Positions 43,909-54,300 of a DNA stretch of 64,000 nucleotides are shown one piece after another. Below the pieces are notes generated by a model. It saw nothing but the letters and a program-made list of their open reading frames with translations, had not been told where the DNA came from and made no database searches. Origin of the DNA: a virus (taxonomy: Duplodnaviria; Caudoviricetes); the IMG/VR virus record IMGVR_UViG_3300030330_005471. One strand, given 5' to 3'. Within the stretch, counting starts at the first letter, position 1. Each line of letters starts with the position of its first letter. A program made the translations under genes and the position numbers.

Positions 43909-45326
43909 TGGCAATTTTAAGAATAACAGCTAGTGCTGATAATACAATAACTGACGCTTACGAAGTGAATCTTACAACCAGAGGAACAGGCTCTAACTTG
44001 GGAGCTTCTGATATATTGGAGATATTTTCCATATATGGGCAGCAATCTTCATCTTCATATGAGTATGCGAGAGTCTTAATTCATTTTCCTTTAGACGAAA
44101 TAACAACACGCCGAGCTGCTAATACAATGCCTGCTTCTGGTAGCGTTGAGTTTCATTTAAAATTATACAATGCAATTCACACAGAACAAGTACCAGAAGA
44201 CTTTCAACTTTTTATTGTTCCTATCTCACAAAGTTGGGAAGAAGGAACTGGCTTAGATATGGTCGAGTATACAGATTTAACGTATAATCGCGAGGGTTCC
44301 AATTGGATAAATAGAGCCTCTGGTTCAACTTGGGCAACCCAAGGTGGAGATTATCTATTTGCTGAAGCTCTGACAAGTTCATTTGAGACGGGCTTAGAAG
44401 ACTTAAGTATTGATGTATCTGATATTGTTGAGAAATGGATAAAAGGTTTGGCTGGTGGTTACTACAACAACTATGGTTTCGGAATAAAACTCAGCACTGC
44501 TAACGAAGCAACTCCAGAGTCTTTCTATACCAAAAAGTTCTTTGCAAGAAATACGGAGTTTTATTTTAAAAGACCTGTTATTGAAGCTCGTTGGGATGAC
44601 ACTACGAAAGACGATAGGGGCAACTTTTACTTTAGCTCTTCACTCATGACAGCAGACCAGAATTTAAACAAAATATATCTCTATAATAAGCCTAGAGGAA
44701 GGCTAACAAATATTCCTGCCATCGGTACTGGACAATTGTCTGCTTCGTTATATGAAACTCTGGGTGGCTCTGCTCTGGCAACATTTACAGCTGGTCACTC
44801 TTCGACAGGAATTTATAGTGCGTCTGTTCATCTAACAGGAACACAAAGCAAGTTATATGATGTTTGGCACAACGGAGCAGGAACAGAATATTATACTGGT
44901 TCGATTATACCAAAAACACACACAGCAGAAGAGTATAGTGATAATCAAAAGTATGTCGTGACAATTCGAAACTTGAAATCTAAATATTGCTATGATCAGA
45001 CTGCGAGACTGCGTTTCTACATAAGAAAAAAGAACTGGTCTCCAAATATTTATACAGTTGCACAAAATTCGCCACAAAATCTAATTATTGAAGATGCGGT
45101 TTATAGAACATATAGGATAGAAGATGGAGAAGAAATTATTCCATACAGCACAGGCTCTCTTAAGTTTACTCAACTCTCATACGATGTGTCAGGAAACTAT
45201 GCAGATATTGACTTTTCTTCTTATGAGACAGGGTACCAATACGGGCTACAATTGTCTTTCTATGACGACTATGTGTCTTCTTACGTAGAACAGCCGTATG
45301 TATTCAAATTTAGAGTGGTAGAATAA
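43908..45326 (+). CDS. putative virion structural protein (beta-rich)
   Basis: TAATG coupling to gp6-like; ADNTI, SWEEGTG, W...GGD pattern; rich in [ST]-[GAS]-S. Confidence 0.65.
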   Translation: MAILRITASADNTITDAYEVNLTTRGTGSNLGASDILEIFSIYGQQSSSSYEYARVLIHFPLDEITTRRAANTMPASGSVEFHLKLYNAIHTEQVPEDFQLFIVPISQSWEEGTGLDMVEYTDLTYNREGSNWINRASGSTWATQGGDYLFAEALTSSFETGLEDLSIDVSDIVEKWIKGLAGGYYNNYGFGIKLSTANEATPESFYTKKFFARNTEFYFKRPVIEARWDDTTKDDRGNFYFSSSLMTADQNLNKIYLYNKPRGRLTNIPAIGTGQLSASLYETLGGSALATFTAGHSSTGIYSASVHLTGTQSKLYDVWHNGAGTEYYTGSIIPKTHTAEEYSDNQKYVVTIRNLKSKYCYDQTARLRFYIRKKNWSPNIYTVAQNSPQNLIIEDAVYRTYRIEDGEEIIPYSTGSLKFTQLSYDVSGNYADIDFSSYETGYQYGLQLSFYDDYVSSYVEQPYVFKFRVVE

Positions 45327-48300
45327 TGTCAATAAAGGATTTATTCCAAAATAACAAAACAAATAAAATAATAGAAACAGAGACCATCGCTTCTGCGTCG
45401 GCTGAGGTTGAAGGTGTTTCGCTTGTCCGTGAGAAGTCAAAAGAAAAGGAAGAGTTTATTCCTCCAATAGACTTCGCGACAGCATCAAATTTCGCAAAGT
45501 TCGGATCAGCCGAACTATACTATGAATATGCGTTCAACAGAATCCAACAGCAATATCCATACGATGGGACCTTAGCAGAGAGACAAGAGTTTGAAAACAA
45601 TTCAAGTTATCTTGATCGATATATTTTTAACAATCTATATCCTCGAACAAATGGTTATGTAAACTTTGGTATTAATACCAGTGGCGGCTCAAAAGGTGCT
45701 GATGGTTATTACACAGGTGCGACAAACAAAGAATATATATATGTTGTGGGTGGACCTCACACCGCATCTGACGGAATGACTGGTAAAAAGTTGGATGATA
45801 CTTTCGATCTTTCAACAATATATGACGCATCAAACAAGAGAGAAAACAACTTAAAGATTGACTTAACGGTTGGAAACTCTATTGAGTTTTGGTTGAAAAA
45901 GACCGGCTTTGATTCATCAATAGCCGAGAAAGAAATTATATATGATTCTACAAATTCAGATAACAGACATTTTAGAATATTTTTATCCGCATCGTCAGAT
46001 GGAACTTCCCCGATAAATGTTGAGTTTGCAACAAATGCCACAACATCAAGCTATGGTCTCGGAGCAACCACTCTTACGACTTCATCAATCGCCGATTCGT
46101 CTTGGCATCACTACGCAATAACAATGCTCAGCCAATCAACAGGTATAAAAACCCGTCTGTACGTTGACTCAGTGCTTAATAGAGAACAAGTGGTGTCTTC
46201 CCCTTGGGATGATATTAAGACGTCCACAAACGGCGTTATAGCAGCTTTAGGAGCTAAAGTTTCTGACACCAAAGGAGACGGACAGTTAATATCTTCTTCT
46301 ATGGATGAATTTCGCTTTTGGAAGTCCGAGAGAACAGGAAAACAAATCGGACAAAACTGGTTTGTGAATCTTGGAGGTGGAACAGATGATAGTTTAGACA
46401 ATATCGATCTTGGTGTGTACTTTAAGTTTAACGAAGGTATAACAACAACTGCGACAACAGATTCGATTGTTCTCGATTATTCTGGTCGTTTATCGAATGG
46501 CGAGTTTGTTGGATACACTTCAACATCCAGAAATACCGGCTCTGCTATAGTGTTATCAGGGCAAACAGATCGAGAATACAAAGATCCAATTATATACTCA
46601 ACACACCCAGACGTAAGTGCTAAGAAGACAGAACTTATGGAATTAGGTAACATAGCAGATCATGAGAATACAAGTCTCTTTTATCACCTTTTACCCTCTT
46701 GGTTAGTTGAGAACGATTCTGCCACAGGAAAGAATATTAAATATCTTTGTCAAATAATGGCGAGTTATTTTGATACTTTACATGCCCAAATTTCCTATAT
46801 GAATCATATCAAGGATGAAAAGTATTTCGGTCCCGAACTAGAAAAAGATGACTTCACTGGTAAACAGTATGTTTCGTTTAGTGATCAAGACAAGCCTTAT
46901 CCGTTTTCACAACAACTATTGAGGCATCGTGGTTTTATTGTTCCAAACTTATTTGTGGATGCGAACTTAGTAGAAGAGTTTTTGGAACATGACGTTAACG
47001 AAAAGTATGATCGAGATATTACCGAGGTTAAAAACCTTATCTATCAAAACCTTTATAACAATATTATTGACATATATAAGTCAAAAGGAACAGAAAAGTC
47101 TTTTCAAAGATACCTTAAAAACTTTGGGGTTGATTCCGATTTGGTTAAACTCAATCTATATGCTGATCGAGCAACATATACATTAAGAGACAACTATGAA
47201 TACAAATCTGTAAAAACAAATGGTGCAAACTTTAACAATGCGGACAATACGGATGCATCAATTTATCAAGTTTCTTCTAGTGAGGGACGCACAATATATA
47301 ACAGTCTCCACTTAGACGCCACTCTTGCATACTCTGGAACCTTAGCCTTCGATGGGAGTGACCTATCACCAACTAGTTCTTTCAGTATTAGTTGGTGGGG
47401 CAAGCCAAAAAAACGAGACGGGGCAATAGATCAAGCACTATTCAGTTTGGGAGACACCTCATATACCCCGACGCAAAACCAACTCAGGATGAAATATAGC
47501 CCCAGCAGTCCCATTAGAGCTCATATTGCTTATAGAGGTCTCAATTCAGCAGGTGAAAGTAGTTTTTTAGATGCGTATTATCCCCAAACACAAACATTCG
47601 ACTCAGACGATTTTGCCACTAATTGGTATCACTATGTCTTTACATTAGAGATTAACGATTCTGGTAATGAACACACAGCATCGTTTTATCGAGATGGTGT
47701 TGAGATACCAGCATATCTAGCCACAGCACAACAAACATATTCTTCACCAGCAGATTTAGCACAAACCAACAAAACTTTTTTTATAGGAAGTCGACATGGA
47801 ACTAACGAGAGTCGGAATAAATTTAGAGATGTGATATTGTGGAACGGCGTACTTACCCCATCTCAGGTAAGTGATTTACACCAAGCCAGTGCTTCTTATG
47901 GCTCTCCAGAATATTCACCGGCAGGTTTAACAAAATTGATTTGGATGAAGCCTGATGGAGATACTGCGAACAATGTCAGATCATTGCAAAATTTCGGCTC
48001 AGCTGGTCCTGCTGTGTTGGGGGACGATGAAGGTAGTTCATACGGAACTGCTAATTCTAATGATATTAATGATATAGTTGCTGATGCTCCTTTTGACGAT
48101 GTCCTTGCTTATCGAAAAGGGTATATACAAAATCCAAATGCTAATACAAAATACTCTGCTTATACTTTAGAAGCTGAGGTTTTATTTCCTAGGCAACCCT
48201 CAACAGACTCAAGTGATTATTACGATAAGTCATTCACAACAGCTTCTATTATTGGTTTCCACCGTATCGATCCAGACCCATATCCTTATGATGAGTATAC

Positions 48301-51300
48301 GTTTCACTCAAACGACAAGACGTTGAAAGTTCTCATCGCCAGTACAACAAACAGAGAACATAGTCAGTTTATTGTTACAGGTTCAGATGGAATACGTTTA
48401 ACATCATCAGTTATTCCAAATCTCTATGACGAGCAAAAGTGGAATATTGCCTTGAGAGTTAAAAATTCTAAGTACCCATTGGCGAATCTAACAGGAGCTG
48501 TCGATTCAGTGTCTGTAGATGTTGATTTTTATGCGGTATGTACAGAAGATAATACAATATATAACACAGTTACGATGAGCACTTCGTCAATAGCAAATGG
48601 AGAACTATATCTTAGCTCAAGCAGAAAGATTTTCGTTGGTGCCGAAAAAACAAATTTCACAGGCTCATCTGTGACCTTTTCTGATGTTGTTGTAACCGAT
48701 GTAAAGTATTGGCAGAGTTATATTAGCAACGAAGAAGTACAACAACATGCTTTTGATTCTGAGGCATTTGGGGTTCGTCACCCACTTGAGAATGATTCTA
48801 TATTCTTAATTGATAATGTATCCATTCCTCAAAAAGATACTTTGGCCTTACATTGGGACTTTGAAAACAATACACAATCCGATAGTGGTGGAGGCTTTAC
48901 TGTTTACGATGTTTCTTCTGGTTCTTCCGGAATGACAAATAGATATGGATGGATGAGCGAAATAACAAAAAACAAACATCTTGGACAAGGAATAGATTTT
49001 GTAACAAATTCAAACAAAGCATTTGATAAAATATACCTTTCAACAGCGAGAAGAAGAATACCTTCTTCCATCTACACATCGGATATGGTGGCGGTAATTA
49101 CCGGCTCAGCTGAAGTGTTTTTTCAAGACGACGAGGTTAGAGATAACTTTTATTCATTCGAAAAAAGCATGCAAGCCGTTATATCAGACGAAGTTGTAAA
49201 AATGTTTGCAACAGTTGTTGGTTTCAATAACTTGATCGGTCAACCAGAGAACAAGTATCGTCCAAATTATAAAAACATGGACTTTCTCAGACAACAATTT
49301 TTTGAATCTATTGAAAATGAACCAGATCAAGAAAAATTCTTTGAGTTTTACAAATGGATTGATGATTCTATATCCTATGGTATCAAACAACTATATCCAG
49401 CTTCTGCTAGGTTTTCTGATGGAATTATGAACACAATTGAGAGTCATGTGCTAGAGAGACCAAAGCATCAAAATAAGTTTCCAATGCTGTCCCCTTCTAC
49501 ACCTGAAATTGCTCAAATGATGTCACATAATGAACAAAAGTACCAGTGGGGACAAGGACATGCTCCGAACTACAAAACACTTTCCAATCTTAGCAATGTT
49601 CATTGCGCATGGCAGAGTCAAAGAAACGAAGACACAAACTCAGATGAAAACAATATTCGCAGAGTTATCAACACACAGAGACCACTCCCCAAGAATATAC
49701 TAAGAAAAGCCGATGGAACATTTTATTACAGAGAACAAGATGTTAAGTCTTTTCACAATAGACCATATAGTTTCGATGCAGTGCAAAGAAACACCATACA
49801 TGGTGGAATAAATTACGAAATAAACAAAAATAGAGAAATATATAAAGAATATATTCGCCCACATGGAGAAGTGAACGAATTTGGAATTCCAAGAAATGTG
49901 TTTGCTGTTGGCATCGGAGCAGGACAAGGCATAGTTTCTACTAAGCAATGCGACGATGTGACAAACACTATCTCAAAGAAAAAACTGCCTTTCGAAATGT
50001 TAGTTGGAAGGAACTCCGATCAAGATGGAAATCATCCCCTAGATGATGCTCATAGTTATGAACATCTTGTCAAGGGAAACCATTTCGGACCATTTAATTT
50101 ATTCTCAGCATCTATCGAGCCACAGGGTTATCATGCCATCGTAAGTGCTTCTTTTAAAACAGATACTTTAATAACAAATTTACATTCAGATACAACAGAT
50201 CTTTCGAATGAAATACCAATGCAAGGTCCGTTCACTCAGACACATATTGGTGGGAGACAATCTCGACACTTGACTATCAACAGACACGATACGACGTTAA
50301 TAACGGAAGGTGGAGGAGCAACTACAAACAACATTGACGACCAATACTCAAGAGCAGAAGAATGGAGAATGTTCTTTGGAGAAGCCCCTGATGAGGCCAT
50401 TAAGGATGGTGTTTTTGCATTAGTCGGTCCAGATTATGGTGGACCATATCCCGATCCTTCGAGGCCAATTGCTCGTTGGTATCGAGACGGAAGGACAAAA
50501 AGACACTTTTCAATTGAAAATATTAAAAGCAATTCGCGTGTCATGGGTAACTACAAAAATAACTATGAAGTAATTGCTGCTGTTGGAAGGAAGGAAAACA
50601 ACCTTCGATATCGTTCAATATCAGACACAGTAGACTTCATTGAACCGGGTTTGAAAACAGAGCTCCCAGATACAACGGTTAATGCCAGTTTAATAGCCCA
50701 GAAAGCCTCATCAGCAGGCAATGTGGCTGGAGTAAGTACTAACCTCTTTCGAACAGCTGTGGAGGGTTTTAGAACCCCTGAAGAGCCCGGAAACCACGAT
50801 GATAATTCTGCCACCAAATCTATTATTGTAAGCAAATTCTCAGCTCCCGGATCATTTGAGACCTCAACAAGAATATTCTTGGATGGAGTTGACGGAGAAC
50901 GAAGTGTATACAACGCCTTACCTTTTAGGAATCTAACTGTTCGTTCAAGCGGTTCCGGTGAAGCTGATCACAGAAGGCTCGATAGTCATATAAACAAACG
51001 TGAAGGTCTTCAAACAATGTTAAGAAGACATCTCGGAAGGTTTGGTGTTGATCCTATTCACGGACCATCACATCCAAATACAGATTCAGAAGGTATCGCT
51101 TCGGGTTCATATGATATTCTCTCAAACAGACAAAAGCAGCATAGAAACAATCATTGGAAAAACAAAGAATATGAAGTAACTTGTTCAGTACCATCATACT
51201 CATCCGGATCCTTTTCTGTTTTGGGCATGTCTTATACGGGCTCATTTGCAACCGGCTCATTTACCGTAACAGGCTCTACGATATATGGCACCGCAGCTTC

Positions 51301-54300
51301 TGGTTCATTCCACATGTCTGGTGCATATTATGGCGGACAGCAAGCATCAGCCTCATTTAAGATTATTGGAAGATCAATAAATGCCGCCCCTGCTAGTGGC
51401 TCATTCACAGTTAAAGGTAGAAACGTCCCAGCAGCATATCCGACAGCTAACTTTCAAATTTCACCAGTTCCGAGATACGGAGATCGAGCAGCTGTTGGGA
51501 TAAAATATACAAAAAATTATGGTGATTCCACTACTAGTACAATAAACTATGTTGCTAGTCCATATAATAATTCTGAATTTGAAATTGCTAGCTCCACACA
51601 CACTGACAAAACAGTAGTAATTAAAACTATAGCACCTCATGTCACGACCGCCGTGAATCACCTTTATATGCCCACATGGGAATATAGAAAGTATTTAAAA
51701 ACCAATGGAACCAAGTGGGTTCCAAAATCAGGTTACAACTATTCAATAACTCAAAATGCCTCAAATGACGCCGTCGATGGCGATAATGCTGGTTTTTTGG
51801 TTTCGTTTTGGATAAGGATAGATTCATCCGAATGGTCAGGTTTTGATACTTCTAATGTATATCCGATTTTATGGATAAGAGATGCTAATGGCGCCACCAG
51901 TATTAAAATTTATGTAAAAAAATCAGGTTCTAATTATCACCTATATGCAGAGAGACATTTTGACCAAACACCATCCAACACTGCGGGAAAATATACTCAA
52001 ACATATTGGAACAGCTTTTTCAATTCAGCTAATTATGGAGATGGAGAATGGCACCATCTTGTTTTAAATTTCGATAATTTCATTTGGAATGACGCAGGTG
52101 CTGTTCAAGGAGGGGGCGGATATATTGGAGGAGACGCAGGTGTTAATGTACCAAATGGAGTAGATCCAGCCGACATTGATGGTGATCAAGGAAATGCACA
52201 ATCCATTCAAGCATCTCCATTTAACACACATGATGCTTCCGGTGGTGGCCGAGGAGGAATGGGATGGAACCTTTGGGTAAATAAAACACACTATGTTACC
52301 TCAAGGTTTAATGGAGCTTTAGCATTTTCTCCTTTGTATGACGAAGGGTCGAGTGCCAACACTTCTGTGCCTCGTGCACTTCATGTGTTAGAACAAATAG
52401 GAACAGCAATAGATGGCGGTTGTTTTAATTTTGATATAGATGAGATGATTATGTTTAGTACATCATACTCTTTAACTCCTCACGACGTAACTGATGATGA
52501 GCCAACAATTATATACGGAGATACAAATTGGAACAATGGAACTAACTCGAAAGTCGCAACAGACAACGCGGATAATGTCTCAACCACACTACTACCTAGT
52601 CCTTCCGAGTTGTTTAATGCTCACTCTGTCGATACAGCGTTTGGAACTTGGCTAGATCTCTCAACTCTTTCTTCTAACAAGAGAAGCAGAATTTTTGCTT
52701 ATTATAGTTTGGAAGCAACACCGGGGGATTTGTTTTATAGTATAAATCCTGCCAATAATAATCCATCTGATCCTCTCAATGAATATGTTGAACTTGATGC
52801 CGGATCTGGATACGAAAATCCCGAAAGAAATGATGGCGCGCCTTTTGGCTTGTATATCAATAGGGCCGATCAGAGGTTTAGTAATACAAATCCAAAATCA
52901 GTAAGTACCTTTCTAGATGATGTTATGGGGTTGTTTACCGGCAGTTTCGATATGAAGGAACATCAAGCAGCTAACGACTATACAAATAATGTCGTCACAG
53001 CTTATCGAGACACCATAGAAACTGATACAGGTTTCGTAGTGACAACTACCAGCTTAAACGGTATTATGTCCTTTGAAACAGTTAAATCTCATTATGCTAC
53101 AAAAGCCGGAACAATAGATAGGACACAAACTGTGTCAGTCGCCGGAACTACCTATAGCAATATTAAACACCACAGTTATTTAGATATTGGAGATTTTAAC
53201 ACCTTCGGTTCCGGCTCAGGAGCAGCAACTGTTTCTGATGGACATACTCATCGTTATTCAACAAGAGGGTTAAGATGGGTTGGAGAAACTGACGGATCAG
53301 CTGCCGAACAAGGGCCTTACTTATATAACCATGATATTAGCGATGCTGGTGTAATTGGTTCAACTCAAGATTTGACAATTTCTTTCTGGGCCAAGGTTGC
53401 CAACACTGACAATAGTAGTAAATACGTTTTTGTTTTTGCCGACGACACAGGCGATCAAGACTTGACTGATGGAGAGAGAAGTATTTTTGTTTATTTCTAT
53501 GAAGATGATCTTAAAATCAGAATGTATAGTGGCACTGGTAATTATATAACATATACCATACCGGCTGTTGTTGATACAAACAGATATCAACATTATTGTA
53601 TCGTACTAGATAGAAGTCAAATGACCACTCATGGCTCACAAGCAGTGTATATTGACGGAGAAGCGGTTAGTGTTCCAGCTGGTGTGCAAAGTGGAAGCCC
53701 TACCGCATCTAACAGAGCTATCAGGAGAATTTTCATTGGAGACCATCCGGCTGCTTCCAGTCTTTATGAATATAAAGGTCATTTAACGCAAGTGTCTTTA
53801 TGGAAAACAAAAATGATATCCTCGCGTGTTGAAGAACTCTATAATAAAGGAAGGTGGAAAGATTTGTTGTCTCATCGAGAATGGGAACATTGCATAGCAT
53901 GGTGGCAACTAGGAGATGAAACCGGCGTCAGTATTAGTGGTTATAGTAACGGACACCCTTTAGATGGAGATTATGTTCAAAGCTCAGAAACCGTGTTGGG
54001 CAATGGAGCAACATTGGAACAAGAATATAAAGATTATTCACCTTTTGGACAATTTGATTTAACCCTTGTTGCACCAGATTCTGGAGTAAAAGTGTCTCAT
54101 GGGATAATAAAAGAAACAGCGAATGAACATAATGCAACTAAAACCGACACTTATGAATTTTGGTCTCATGTGAAAGACAAGATTCTCTCTCAAGCCAATA
54201 TCTCAGCCGTAACAGCCAGAACGAGTGGAGGCTCTGGTACAGAGGGGAATATAAATTCTGCCACTGATAGTGGTAGTATAAACATGACATATAACACACA

